Shown here one piece after another: positions 8,532 to 18,300 of a stretch of 64,000 nucleotides of DNA. How positions within the stretch are numbered: position 1 is the stretch's first letter; each line of letters starts with the position of its first letter. The DNA comes from Bacteroidota bacterium (GTDB lineage: Bacteria; Bacteroidota; Bacteroidia; Flavobacteriales_D; Sanyastnellaceae): assembly GCA_039798265.1 (NCBI GenBank), contig JBDKGH010000139.1, positions 6,558-70,557 on the forward strand. The letters run 5' to 3'. Under the pieces are notes generated by a model. It saw nothing but the letters and a program-made list of their open reading frames with translations, was not told the origin of the DNA and searched no databases. Both the position numbers and the translations under genes were made by a program.

Positions 8532-8945
8532 TTAACAGAATTCTTCGAAAGTCATTTTTAAGTGCTCCGCTATCATATCAGCCGTACGGCCTTCGATATG
8601 GTGGCGCTCTACCATGTGCATCAACTTGCCGTCTTTGAAGAGGGCGATGCTAGGAGATGAAGGTGGGTAAGGCAACATGTACTGACGAGCGCGATCTACT
8701 GCTTCGCGATCTACACCGGCAAATGAGGTTACCAATTTACCAGGAACTTTGGCTGAGCTTTGAACGGCCTTTTTTACACCGGGGCGCATGCTGCCTGCAG
8801 CACAACCACAAACGGAGTTAAGCACTACGAGCACTGTGCCTGGAGTATTTACAGCTGTGTCAACGGCTTCTGGGGTCATTGCTTCTTCGAAGCCTACACT
8901 ATCAAGGTCAGCTCTCATTGGAGCTACTAATTCTGGAGGATACAT
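8532..8945 (-). CDS. BrxA/BrxB-family bacilliredoxin (DUF1094/YphP-like thiol-disulfide oxidoreductase)
   Basis: VLNSVCGCAAGSMRP (CGC active site), SFAGVDREA and PSSPSIALFK closely parallel Bacillus YphP/YqiW. Confidence 0.75.
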   Translation of the reverse strand: MYPPELVAPMRADLDSVGFEEAMTPEAVDTAVNTPGTVLVVLNSVCGCAAGSMRPGVKKAVQSSAKVPGKLVTSFAGVDREAVDRARQYMLPYPPSSPSIALFKDGKLMHMVERHHIEGRTADMIAEHLKMTFEEFC

Positions 8946-8968
8946 GTGGTATGTGTTTTAATATGCAA

Positions 8969-8976
8969 CAAATTTA
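8969..8976 (-). promoter_or_regulatory. candidate Bacteroidota -7 promoter box (TAAATTTG on the minus strand) for the bacilliredoxin gene
   Basis: This is an exact TAnnTTTG match about 24 nt upstream of the ATG at 8945. Confidence 0.35.
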
Positions 8977-9018
8977 TAGCGATTTTCTTCCGGCAATCGT
9001 CAATAAAGACTAAATTCC

Positions 9019-10773
9019 TTACTGGGGTAGATCGGCTATTTTGATGTATAATTCATCGAGTTGAACTTCGCTGATGGGGCTTGGGGCATCGATCATTACA
9101 TCGCGGCCACTGTTGTTTTTCGGGAAGGCTATGAAGTCGCGAATGCTCTCTTGTCCGCCGAATAGAGAGCACAAACGGTCAAAACCAAAGGCTATACCGC
9201 CGTGAGGTGGCGCTCCATATTCGAAGGCATTTAACAAGAAACCAAACTGCGCTTGGGCTTCTTCAGGGGTAAAGCCAAGCAAGTTGAACATGCGGCTTTG
9301 TACGTTTTTATCATGAATACGAATGGAGCCACCCCCAACTTCAACGCCATTGATCACAAAATCATAAGCGTTCGCATTCACAGCTCCAGGATCACTTTCG
9401 AGCAAGGCGAGATGCTCTGGTTTGGGTGAAGTGAATGGATGGTGCATGGCATGCCAACGTTGTGTTTCTTCACTCCACTCGAGGAGAGGAAAATCGATTA
9501 CCCAAAGTGGCTTGAATACTTCTGGATTGCGCAAACCAAGGCGAGAACCCATAAGCAAACGCAATTCACTCATCTGCTTGCGAGTGGCGTTAAGTGCGCC
9601 GGATAACAAAAGAATCAAGTCGCCCGCTTTAGCACCAGTCTTTTCTGCAATGGCTTTCCAGTCTTCTTGAGAATAGAATTTATCGACGGTCGATTTAAAC
9701 GTACCGTCTTCATTGCACAAACAATAAACTAATCCTTTTGCACCTATTTGCGGACGTTTTACCCACTCCGTGAGCTCGTCTAGTTGTTTGCGCGTATAGT
9801 TAGAACAGCCTGGGGCAACAATCCCAATCACCGCTTCGGCAGTGTCGAAAATACCAAAGCCCTTTCCTTGCATGGCTGTGGTCAACTCTTGGAACTCCAT
9901 ACCAAAGCGCACATCGGGCTTATCGTTACCATACAAACGCATAGCATCAGAATAGAGCATTCGAGGTACTTCGGTAATATCAATTCCTTTAACTGTTTTA
10001 AATAAATGACGAACTAATCCTTCGAAAGTATTGAGTATGTCCTCTTGCTCTACAAAGGCCATTTCGCAGTCGATTTGAGTAAACTCAGGTTGACGATCGG
10101 CACGCAAATCTTCGTCACGGAAACAACGAACAATTTGATAGTAGCGATCATATCCAGCTACCATCAAGATTTGTTTAAACGTTTGTGGAGATTGAGGAAG
10201 GGCGTAAAATTGTCCAGGATTCATGCGACTGGGCACCACAAAGTCGCGCGCACCCTCAGGGGTACTTTTTATCAAGTATGGCGTTTCTATTTCCATAAAT
10301 GACAAAGAATCGAGGTATTTGCGGGCTTCAATACCAATGCGGTGGCGAAGCATCAAATTATTTTTAAGTGGATTGCGGCGCAGATCGAGGTATCGCCAAT
10401 TCATGCGCAAATCATCGCCGCCATCGCTTTCGTCTTCAATGGTAAATGGAGGCGTTTTAGCCGCGTTTAGCACTTCCAGGTGTTCTACTTGAATTTCGAT
10501 TTCACCCGTGGCCATATCAAGGTTTTTACTATGACGCTCCACTACTTTACCCGTGGCCTTTACGACAAACTCGCGACCTAATTTTCGCGCAGACTCGCAC
10601 AACTCGGCATGCGTATCCATGTTGAAAGCTAGCTGGGTGATGCCATATCGGTCACGCAAATCAACAAAGGTCAAACCGCCAAGGTTACGGCCACGCTGAA
10701 CCCAACCGCTTAGTGTTACTGTTTGTCCAATATGTTGTGGGCGTAATTCACCACAGGTATGAGAACGATGCAT
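9019..10773 (-). CDS. aspS: aspartate--tRNA ligase
   Basis: 584 aa. It has the class II motifs [18 protein letters not shown] and GGGSIRIH and the C-terminal GxAxGxDR pattern (GIAFGFDRL). Confidence 0.95.
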   Translation of the reverse strand: MHRSHTCGELRPQHIGQTVTLSGWVQRGRNLGGLTFVDLRDRYGITQLAFNMDTHAELCESARKLGREFVVKATGKVVERHSKNLDMATGEIEIQVEHLEVLNAAKTPPFTIEDESDGGDDLRMNWRYLDLRRNPLKNNLMLRHRIGIEARKYLDSLSFMEIETPYLIKSTPEGARDFVVPSRMNPGQFYALPQSPQTFKQILMVAGYDRYYQIVRCFRDEDLRADRQPEFTQIDCEMAFVEQEDILNTFEGLVRHLFKTVKGIDITEVPRMLYSDAMRLYGNDKPDVRFGMEFQELTTAMQGKGFGIFDTAEAVIGIVAPGCSNYTRKQLDELTEWVKRPQIGAKGLVYCLCNEDGTFKSTVDKFYSQEDWKAIAEKTGAKAGDLILLLSGALNATRKQMSELRLLMGSRLGLRNPEVFKPLWVIDFPLLEWSEETQRWHAMHHPFTSPKPEHLALLESDPGAVNANAYDFVINGVEVGGGSIRIHDKNVQSRMFNLLGFTPEEAQAQFGFLLNAFEYGAPPHGGIAFGFDRLCSLFGGQESIRDFIAFPKNNSGRDVMIDAPSPISEVQLDELYIKIADLPQ

Positions 10774-10911
10774 AAACGTACAATTTAGAGGCGCGAAGAT
10801 ACTGTAAAGTGAGAACCTTTTAAGTCAAATTGGCCACAGATCATTTTACTTTTTGATGATGTAAAAACACCATAGACTTGATTCTTGGAAACTTCCTTTG
10901 CAAAAAAAACA

Positions 10912-11013
10912 ATGAAGACCATTCATCTACAGCCGCAATATTGGGCAGCAGGATTTTTACTCCTACTGATCCTTTTGCTTTTGGCTTTTGCATTTTCGGT
11001 TGCCACCACTTAA
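10912..11013 (+). CDS. possible 33-aa single-TM peptide (MKTIHLQPQYWAAGFLLLLILLLLAFAFSVATT)
   Basis: I found this by reading the sequence, because it is below the ORF-track size cutoff. It has an A-rich pre-ATG context (caaaaaaaacaATG) and one clean hydrophobic helix. It competes with an implausible antisense 88-aa ORF. Confidence 0.3.
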   Translation: MKTIHLQPQYWAAGFLLLLILLLLAFAFSVATT

Positions 11014-11197
11014 CATAGGGACACTCGTTTCTATTTTGGAGCGGTTGAATTTTGCGCACAGGGTAGGCAAAAAACCACTCCCATTCATGATTCTGTAGAA
11101 TTTTCAAAAACAGCCTTTAGCCTTTTCTAAAGGCGCTCTTGTTTTTGTTAACTACCTCGCCTTGGCAATCTTTGGCTTTTACCGAAGAGATATGTCG

Positions 11198-11205
11198 TAT
11201 CTTTG
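11198..11205 (+). promoter_or_regulatory. candidate -7 promoter box (TATCTTTG) for the DEAD-box helicase, implying a 5' leader of about 105 nt
   Basis: This is an exact TAnnTTTG match, with a TTTG about 23 nt upstream (11171-11174). Confidence 0.35.
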
Positions 11206-11316
11206 TGGTGTTGTTAATGAGGTACTTGTAGTTTTAGTTCGCATTAGCAGTTAATTAAATAACAGCATCTGTTAGCCTTGCATAAGAGCTTGGGAGCAGA
11301 AGCGAATGAAAAAAGC

Positions 11317-12645
11317 ATGATTGTCTTCGAACAACTCGAATTAATTCCTCCCATTTTAAGAGCCCTTCGCGAAGAAGGCTACGTAAATCCAACTCCTATT
11401 CAAGCTCAAGCTATCCCATTTGTTTTGGATGGTCGAGATCTTTTTGGAGCGGCGCAAACAGGTACTGGTAAAACAGCAGCCTTTTCACTTCCTATTCTTC
11501 AGATTTTATCCGAAGAACAACCCGAGTACAACGGTAGAGAAATACGAGCGCTCATTTTAGCGCCAACACGCGAACTTGCCATTCAGATTGGTGAAAATAT
11601 AAAAGCCTACAGCCGCTATCTCAATTTGAGGTTTGCAGTCATTTTCGGCGGAGTGCCTCAGCGCCCGCAAGTAGATGCTATCCGCAGAGGGGTTGATATT
11701 TTAGTAGCTACTCCAGGTCGTTTGCAAGATTTGCATCAACAAGGTCTTGTCCGTTTAGAGTACACAGAAATTGTAGTACTCGATGAGGCCGATCGTATGT
11801 TGGACATGGGCTTTATCAATGATATCAAAAGGATCATGGCGCTGGTTCCTGTTCAACGTCAAACGTTGTTGTTTTCAGCTACACTTCCTCCAGAGATCAA
11901 AGATCTGATGGGTAAATTTTTGAAAAAACCCGCTCATGTGGAGGTGTCTCCAGTAAGTACTACGGTAGATAAAATTGCCCAAAGCCTATATATGGTTTCT
12001 CGCGCAGAAAAACGCAATTTGTTATACCATGTGCTTTCCAGTGATCCATTCGAACAAGCTATTGTGTTTACCCGCACCAAGCATGGGGCTGATAAAGTAG
12101 CACGCGAACTTTCAAAAAGAGGAATTCGCGCAGAGGCATTGCATGGAAATAAAAGCCAAAACAATCGCCAACGCACCATGGGCGATTTCAAAGCGAAAAG
12201 ATTGAAAGTCCTCATTGCTACAGATATCGCTTCACGTGGTATCGACGTAGATGATCTATCTCACGTGATCAATTATGATTTGCCTGATACACCAGAAACC
12301 TACGTTCACCGCATCGGGCGAACAGGTAGAGCTGGAGCAAGTGGAAAGGCGATTTCTTTCTCTTGTGAAGAAGATTTTGATACCCTTCGTGATATCCAAA
12401 AGCATTTAAAGAAAAATATTCCCTTGTTTACGGATCATCCTTTTCACCTCGATGAAAAAGAGTTGATTATCAAAGCCCAAACAAGTGAGAAACCAATTGT
12501 GAATAAAAGAGGTGATTCAAGTCAGCGGCCCAAGCCCAATCATGACCGAAATTCGCAATTCACTCGTCCTCCCAAGCCGAAGAAAAAAGGTAAAACACCG
12601 GATGGACGTTTTAAAACAAAGAAGGCAGGTAAACCACGCATATAA
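11317..12645 (+). CDS. rhlE: DEAD-box ATP-dependent RNA helicase (RhlE-like) with basic C-terminal tail
   Basis: It has the Q-motif region, AQTGTGKT, DEAD (VLDEADRM), SAT and HRIGRTGRAG motifs, and a Lys/Pro/Arg-rich tail. I chose ATG at 11317 over the TTG at 11278. Confidence 0.9.
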   Translation: MIVFEQLELIPPILRALREEGYVNPTPIQAQAIPFVLDGRDLFGAAQTGTGKTAAFSLPILQILSEEQPEYNGREIRALILAPTRELAIQIGENIKAYSRYLNLRFAVIFGGVPQRPQVDAIRRGVDILVATPGRLQDLHQQGLVRLEYTEIVVLDEADRMLDMGFINDIKRIMALVPVQRQTLLFSATLPPEIKDLMGKFLKKPAHVEVSPVSTTVDKIAQSLYMVSRAEKRNLLYHVLSSDPFEQAIVFTRTKHGADKVARELSKRGIRAEALHGNKSQNNRQRTMGDFKAKRLKVLIATDIASRGIDVDDLSHVINYDLPDTPETYVHRIGRTGRAGASGKAISFSCEEDFDTLRDIQKHLKKNIPLFTDHPFHLDEKELIIKAQTSEKPIVNKRGDSSQRPKPNHDRNSQFTRPPKPKKKGKTPDGRFKTKKAGKPRI

Positions 12646-12662
12646 AAACTCAAGACCAACAA

Positions 12663-13739
12663 ATGGCAACAGTTCAGTTTAACACTAAAGAGCACCCTTT
12701 TTTCGACTCTCTCCGCAAAAAAGTAGATGCTTATTTTGAAGAAAACAACATTAAATACACGGGCAACTGGCGTATTTATAGCAAGACTGTTATCTTGCTA
12801 ACCACTGCAGCAGTGTTGTACACCATTTTGGTGTTCTTTACTCCTCCACTTTGGATTTCATTAATCCTTTGCGGATTGCTCGGTATCAACTTCGCGGGCA
12901 TCGGGTTTAACGTAATGCACGACGGAGCGCATGGCGCTTATTCTAGTCGTCAATGGTTAAACGATTTGATGGGTTATTCATTGAATTTGTTGGGCGGTGA
13001 TGTTCAGTTATGGAAGATCAAACACAACATGATACACCATTCATTCACGAACATTGAAGGATTGGATGATGATATCAATATTCAACCTTTTTTGCGCACC
13101 AATGAAAACCAAAAGCTCTACAAGTTTCACCGTTTTCAACACATCTACGCCCTGTTTCTATATGGTTTGACTTACTTGATGTGGGTCACTCGCGACGACT
13201 TCCAAAAGTATTTCCGTCGTAAAATAGGTGAAACGCAATTCCGTAAATTCACGGTAAAGCAGCACATTATTTTTTGGGCGAGCAAAGTATTTTACTTCGC
13301 CTTGTTCATTGGTGTTCCGATGTTTGTTGTAGGTGTATGGCAAACTATTTTAGGTTATGCAACAATGGCTACAGTATGTGGAATATTAATCGCGGTGGTA
13401 TTCCAATTAGCCCACGTGGTTGAAGAAACGCAGTTTAGTAATGCGAAAAACACCACAGGTGTGGTAGAAGATGAGTGGGCCGTTCATCAGATAAAAACGA
13501 CAGCAAACTTTGCTACAAAAAGCCGCATTGTTTCTTGGTTTACTGGTGGTCTAAACTACCAAGTAGAGCACCATTTGTTCCCTCGAATTTCGCACATTCA
13601 TTACCCAAAAGTGAATCAGTTGGTGAAGGAGACCTGCGAACAATTTGGAATTCAATACAACGAACATAAAACGATGCTTGGTGCTATTCGCTCTCACCTC
13701 GTTCACTTGCGTGAAGTAGGAAAGGCAGAGTTGGCATAA
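12663..13739 (+). CDS. membrane fatty-acid desaturase (three His-box family)
   Basis: The His boxes HDGAH, HNMIHH and QVEHHLFP are present, with TM helices. The gene starts 17 nt after the helicase stop. Confidence 0.85.
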   Translation: MATVQFNTKEHPFFDSLRKKVDAYFEENNIKYTGNWRIYSKTVILLTTAAVLYTILVFFTPPLWISLILCGLLGINFAGIGFNVMHDGAHGAYSSRQWLNDLMGYSLNLLGGDVQLWKIKHNMIHHSFTNIEGLDDDINIQPFLRTNENQKLYKFHRFQHIYALFLYGLTYLMWVTRDDFQKYFRRKIGETQFRKFTVKQHIIFWASKVFYFALFIGVPMFVVGVWQTILGYATMATVCGILIAVVFQLAHVVEETQFSNAKNTTGVVEDEWAVHQIKTTANFATKSRIVSWFTGGLNYQVEHHLFPRISHIHYPKVNQLVKETCEQFGIQYNEHKTMLGAIRSHLVHLREVGKAELA

Positions 13740-13762
13740 GCAGCAGATCGAACTCAAAAGAA

Positions 13763-13812
13763 AGAGGAGCGTAAAGAGAATATCTCATTCTCGTTACGCT
13801 CCTCTTATTTTT
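13763..13812. terminator. bidirectional rho-independent terminator between the desaturase and hppD
   Basis: agaggagcgtaa ... ttacgctcctct forms a 12-bp stem, with an inner gagaat/attctc pairing. It is followed by TATTTTTT. Confidence 0.75.
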
Positions 13813-13822
13813 TGATCAGAGA

Positions 13823-14962
13823 TTAAAGTGTTCCTCTGCGCTCTTGCTCTCTTTCGATGGCTTCAAACAAAGCCTTAAAGTTTCCTTTTCCAAAGCTCTT
13901 TGCACCTTTACGCTGAATGATTTCGAAGAACATTGTTGGGCGGTCCAGTACTGGTTTTGTAAAGAGTTGCAACAAATATCCTTCATCATCGCGATCGATG
14001 AGAATGCCTAGCTTTTTCAATGGTTCAAGATCTTCATCGATTTCACCTACGCGATCAAGTACCGTTTCATAATAGGTTTCAGGAACTTGTAAAAACTCTA
14101 CACCTCTTGATTTAAGTGTGCTTACTGTTTCAATAATATTGTCAGTAGCCAAAGCGATGTGCTGCACACCTGCCCCATTGTAGAAATCGATGTATTCTTC
14201 AATTTGACTTTTCTTGCGTCCTTCAGCAGGTTCGTTGATTGGGAATTTTATACGTCCGTTACCATTACTCATTACTTTACTCATGAGAGCGGTGTAATCA
14301 GTACTGATGTCTTTGTCATCAAAGCTCACCAATTGAGCAAATCCCATCACTTTAGCGTAGAATTCTACCCATTTGTTCATTTCGTTCCAACCCACATTGC
14401 CTACCATGTGATCAATAAATTTCAATCCCACTGGAGCAGGCTTGTATTCTGGATTCCAGCTAATGTAACCGGGAAGAAATGGGCCGTTGTAATTTTTTCT
14501 TTCGATAAAATAGTGGAGTGTTTCGCCATAGGTGCGAATACCTGAAATAATTACTTTACCGTTATGGTCCTCCAACAATTGTGGATCGAGACAACTTTCT
14601 CCGCCACGTTGAGTAGTTTCCTCCCAACTTTTTGTAGCGTCATCTACCCAAAGGGCCACCACTTTTACACCATCACCGTGTTTGTTGACGTGCGCATTAA
14701 TAATGCCGTCTGGTGAAAGAGGTGAAGTAAGTACTATTCGAATTTTATCTTGTTCGAGAACATATGAAACCGCATCTTTCGAACCGGTTTCTAAGCCGCG
14801 ATAAGCAAGCGGTTGAAAGCCCCAAGCGCTCATGTAATAATAGGCTGCTTGTTTGGCATTTCCTACGAATAATTCTACGTAGTCAGTTCCCAATAATGGC
14901 AGAAAATCTTCTGCTTCTGGAACTACTTTTTCAAGTTGCAACGATGTGCTATCAGTGATCAT
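13823..14962 (-). CDS. hppD: 4-hydroxyphenylpyruvate dioxygenase
   Basis: 379 aa. The C-terminus FFEIIQRKGAKSFGKGNFKALFEAIEREQERRG is characteristic of HPPD. Confidence 0.9.
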   Translation of the reverse strand: MITDSTSLQLEKVVPEAEDFLPLLGTDYVELFVGNAKQAAYYYMSAWGFQPLAYRGLETGSKDAVSYVLEQDKIRIVLTSPLSPDGIINAHVNKHGDGVKVVALWVDDATKSWEETTQRGGESCLDPQLLEDHNGKVIISGIRTYGETLHYFIERKNYNGPFLPGYISWNPEYKPAPVGLKFIDHMVGNVGWNEMNKWVEFYAKVMGFAQLVSFDDKDISTDYTALMSKVMSNGNGRIKFPINEPAEGRKKSQIEEYIDFYNGAGVQHIALATDNIIETVSTLKSRGVEFLQVPETYYETVLDRVGEIDEDLEPLKKLGILIDRDDEGYLLQLFTKPVLDRPTMFFEIIQRKGAKSFGKGNFKALFEAIEREQERRGTL

Positions 14963-14990
14963 GAAGAAAGTGATTTTTAGTAGTTGAAAG

Positions 14991-16151
14991 TTATTTTTCT
15001 AGCCAAGAAGTAACGTACGAATCGTCGCTAAGCTCCAAGGCCACTTGAGTTAATTTGAGTGGCTTAAATGTGTCCACCATCACCGCCAGTTCGAGTGTTT
15101 CTTTTTGTCCGATACTGCGCTCGTAAGCACCAGGATGTGGGCCATGAGGAATACCACCGGGGTGGAGTGAAATGTATCCTTTGTCCACGTGATTGCGACT
15201 CATGAAATCACCATCTACATAGTACAAAACTTCATCGCTATCAATATTGCTATGGTTGTAAGGCGCAGGTATTGCTTTGGGATGATAATCATACAAGCGA
15301 GGGCAAAAAGAACACACCACGAAATTGTGTGCTTCAAAGGTCTGATGCACGGGTGGTGGTTGATGCACACGGCCAGTGATGGGTTCGAAATCATGAATGG
15401 AAAAAGCATATGGATAGTTAAGGCCATCCCACCCAATGACATCGAAAGGATGAGAAGCATATACTACTTCATGAATGACTTTTTCTTTTCTGATTTTGAT
15501 TAAAAACTCACCTTGCTCATCATGAGTTTCGAGGTTAGCCGGACGGCGAATATCGCGCTCACAGAAGGGTGAATGTTCTAGCAATTGACCGAATTCGTTG
15601 CGATATCTTTTTGGGGTTAAAATGGGGCTAAAACTCTCTACGATAAATAGACGATTATCGGGTGTATCAAATGAAATTTGATAGATGATTCCGCGAGGAA
15701 TAACTAAATAATCGCCGTAAGAAAAAGGAATATTTCCAAGAAAAGTACGAAGTACACCGCTGCCTTTGTGCACGAAAATCATTTCATCGGCGTCGGCATT
15801 TTTGTAGAAATACGACGTCAGACTTTCTGAAGGTGCTGCTAGAGCAATGTGCAAGTCGTTGTTAAAAAGAACCACCTTTCTGCTTTCAATGAAATCGGCA
15901 TGAGGAGGAACATTAAAACCGGCCAACATGCGCGGTGTGATATTTTTATCTACAGCAGCAACTGGGCTGTAATCTTTTGGTTCGCGTATTTCGCGAATCA
16001 TGGTTGGTCGATGCGTGTGATAGAGCAGCGATGACATGCCATGAAAACCCTCCGTTCCGAAGAGCTGTTCGTAGTAGATTCCACCACTTGGCTTTTCGAA
16101 AACGGTATGTCGTTTATGGGGAATAGATCCCAGTTGATGATAGAAAGGCAT
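14991..16151 (-). CDS. hmgA: homogentisate 1,2-dioxygenase
   Basis: 386 aa with a cupin-type HGD layout. It is adjacent to hppD on the same strand with a 28-nt gap. Confidence 0.85.
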   Translation of the reverse strand: MPFYHQLGSIPHKRHTVFEKPSGGIYYEQLFGTEGFHGMSSLLYHTHRPTMIREIREPKDYSPVAAVDKNITPRMLAGFNVPPHADFIESRKVVLFNNDLHIALAAPSESLTSYFYKNADADEMIFVHKGSGVLRTFLGNIPFSYGDYLVIPRGIIYQISFDTPDNRLFIVESFSPILTPKRYRNEFGQLLEHSPFCERDIRRPANLETHDEQGEFLIKIRKEKVIHEVVYASHPFDVIGWDGLNYPYAFSIHDFEPITGRVHQPPPVHQTFEAHNFVVCSFCPRLYDYHPKAIPAPYNHSNIDSDEVLYYVDGDFMSRNHVDKGYISLHPGGIPHGPHPGAYERSIGQKETLELAVMVDTFKPLKLTQVALELSDDSYVTSWLEK

Positions 16152-16240
16152 AGATTCTAAGTGTGCTTCAAAAGTAAGGCGATCATGATCCTGTAGTCAT
16201 TTAAAAAAGAATGAAGTTTGTCATGCTTTCGATGCTTGAG

Positions 16241-16669
16241 TTAAGGCTCTGGTAATCGAGGCAAACGAGGAGGTTCAATCTTATCAGGAATGATGAATGC
16301 ACCAGGGTAAGTTTTTTTCGCTTCTAACAAAAAAAGTTGAGCATCAATGAGCGATTTAAAATCTCCTAGACGCACTGCGTAATCGGGAGTGTTCTGAACG
16401 ATATAAGCCGTTTGATTAAGCCCCATTGTCATGGCCTTTTGGCGGATGGATTTTGCCTCGGTCATATTGCCCAAAAAAACTTGAATGCGATAACCACGAA
16501 GTTCGTTTTTTCCCCGCAGATGTTTTTCTACAGAATCAACCGCATGCGGACAGTGAACGGTAATGACACCTGGGGTAAGTGGAGGAGTTGATTGACTTTG
16601 GGAAAAAACCGAGATTTTTCCCAAAAGCAGAAATGTTAAAACCAAAAGGGGAGCGAACCAACTTTTCAT
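16241..16669 (-). CDS. SPOR domain-containing secreted protein
   Basis: ATG at 16669 gives the signal peptide MKSWFAPLLVLTFLLLG. The C-terminal YRIQVFLG...AVRLGDF... region matches the SPOR repeat pattern. Confidence 0.65.
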   Translation of the reverse strand: MKSWFAPLLVLTFLLLGKISVFSQSQSTPPLTPGVITVHCPHAVDSVEKHLRGKNELRGYRIQVFLGNMTEAKSIRQKAMTMGLNQTAYIVQNTPDYAVRLGDFKSLIDAQLFLLEAKKTYPGAFIIPDKIEPPRLPRLPEP

Positions 16670-16842
16670 GTGTTGCAAATTTAGAAAAATTCTAGACTAG
16701 ACCCTGATCAAAATCATGCCGAAGAAGCCAATAGTCAGTATATCAATGTTTAACGTATAATTAGGAAACTTTAGTCTTATTTAGACAGGTTTTAAATTAT
16801 AATTAAGTGTAGAATGACAATACTGTGATGCAACCTGTGGTT

Positions 16843-16850
16843 TAAATTTG
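16843..16850 (+). promoter_or_regulatory. candidate -7 promoter box (TAAATTTG) for the ACIII operon
   Basis: This is an exact TAnnTTTG match about 40 nt upstream of the actA ATG at 16890. Confidence 0.35.
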
Positions 16851-16889
16851 CCCCGCATTCCAACCTTGGAATTACGTAAAACCCTAGCA

Positions 16890-18284
16890 ATGAAGCGGCT
16901 TTCAGCAAGTTTAAACACCAGGTTTTTCGCCACACTTTTACTATTGCTCTCAATGGCGATGCCTTCTTTGGCATCCATTCATGAGGGCGGAGATGCGGCA
17001 AAAGGTAAGCAACTATTCACTGCCAACTGTGCTTCGTGTCACAAAGTGACCGACGAAGCTCTGGCTGCACCGGGCCTTAAAGGCATCGATCAGCGTTGGG
17101 CAGGAAAGGATGCTTTAATCGTTAAATGGATCCAGAATCCTCAAGCGGCAGCTGCCACTGGCGATCCTTACATCAAAGGTCTCGTTGAGAAATACGTACC
17201 GACCTTCGGATGGATGGCTAACCAAGCGGTGAGCGAAGCCGAAATCAAGGACATCTTGACCTATGTGAAAACAGCAGCTACAGAAGATCCTGGAGCAGCT
17301 GGTGGAGCAGGTGCTCAGGAAGCTACTTGTATGACTATCGAGCAGATGCAAGAGGAAGCTGCAGCCAACGAAGAGAGCGATGGTTTGATTTGGGTGTTGA
17401 TCATCGGAATTATCCTAGCGATCATCGGTGTGTCAGCGGCCAACATTTCGAAGTCGTTGAAAAGTGCGATCAATGAGCGCGAAGGAAAACCAGCATTGGC
17501 TGATCAAAGCTACTGGCAGGCTACAAAAGCTTGGATGTGGAAAAACAAAGGCTTTGTGTCTATCATTGGTTTGTTCCTTGTGGCTTACTTGTTCGTGGTT
17601 GGTTACAGCGATTTGATGAACATCGGTGTTTATGAGGGATATTCTCCAAAGCAACCAGTATGGTTCTCTCACGCGAGCCACGTTTGTAAAAACGAAATCG
17701 ATTGTCAATATTGTCACAGCAGTGCGGCTAAGTCTAAGCATGCCGGTATTCCTTCAGTGAACGTTTGTATGAACTGTCACAAGGGTATCCGCAAAGGACC
17801 AATCACTGGCGAGAAGGAGATTGCAAAAATCTACGAGGCCATTGGATTCGATACGGCCACTGGTACTTACAAAGAGAATTACGAGCAGAAACCAATCGTT
17901 TGGAATAAAGTACACAACCTTCCTGATCACGTTTACTTCAACCACAGCCAACACGTAACTGTTGCTGGTATCGACTGTAAGCAGTGTCACGGTCCTGTTC
18001 AGACTTACTCTGTAGGTCGTCAGGCTACCACTGAGATGATCAATGCTCAGGAAGATGTAACAGGATTGATCAAATTGACTAAACCAACCTTAACCATGGG
18101 ATGGTGTATTGAGTGTCACAACAAGGCCTCTATCGATTTGACAAGTTCAGAATACTACGAAGAGATGCACAACCGCTTTAAAGCATCTGCCGTTGGTCAA
18201 CGCACCTTGCGTGACATCCTCGAAGACGGTGAAGTTAGTGTGAAAGAAATGGGTGGTTGGGAATGCGGTAAATGCCACTATTAA
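16890..18284 (+). CDS. actA: alternative complex III subunit ActA, multihaem cytochrome c with extra N-terminal cytochrome c domain (six CXXCH)
   Basis: The motifs CASCH, CQYCH, CMNCH, CKQCH, CIECH and CGKCH are present. The layout is signal peptide, class-I-like cytochrome c domain, Ala/Gly/Glu linker, TM helix, then pentahaem module. It is the first gene of the act operon. Confidence 0.85.
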   Translation: MKRLSASLNTRFFATLLLLLSMAMPSLASIHEGGDAAKGKQLFTANCASCHKVTDEALAAPGLKGIDQRWAGKDALIVKWIQNPQAAAATGDPYIKGLVEKYVPTFGWMANQAVSEAEIKDILTYVKTAATEDPGAAGGAGAQEATCMTIEQMQEEAAANEESDGLIWVLIIGIILAIIGVSAANISKSLKSAINEREGKPALADQSYWQATKAWMWKNKGFVSIIGLFLVAYLFVVGYSDLMNIGVYEGYSPKQPVWFSHASHVCKNEIDCQYCHSSAAKSKHAGIPSVNVCMNCHKGIRKGPITGEKEIAKIYEAIGFDTATGTYKENYEQKPIVWNKVHNLPDHVYFNHSQHVTVAGIDCKQCHGPVQTYSVGRQATTEMINAQEDVTGLIKLTKPTLTMGWCIECHNKASIDLTSSEYYEEMHNRFKASAVGQRTLRDILEDGEVSVKEMGGWECGKCHY

Positions 18285-18300
18285 TCGGATCAGAACCAAA

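Noticed and set aside
10841-11107. An 88-aa minus-strand ORF in the aspS/helicase intergenic region.
   Set aside because: Its composition is not protein-like, being rich in Trp, Lys and Gln with no recognisable motif. It has no promoter or terminator context. It is fully antisense to a more plausible 33-aa membrane peptide. I do not call it as a CDS.
13823-16151. The hppD-hmgA pair, considered as something unusual.
   Set aside because: These are the ordinary first two steps of tyrosine/homogentisate catabolism. The absence of downstream pathway genes in the window is not informative, because they are often unlinked.
16785-16838. A 7-bp inverted repeat (acaggtt ... aacctgt) and an AT palindrome (aattataatt) upstream of the ACIII operon, considered as a regulator site.
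   Set aside because: The arms are short and about 40 nt apart in an AT-rich region, so the pattern is easily a chance occurrence. It does not resemble CRP/FNR-type half-sites.
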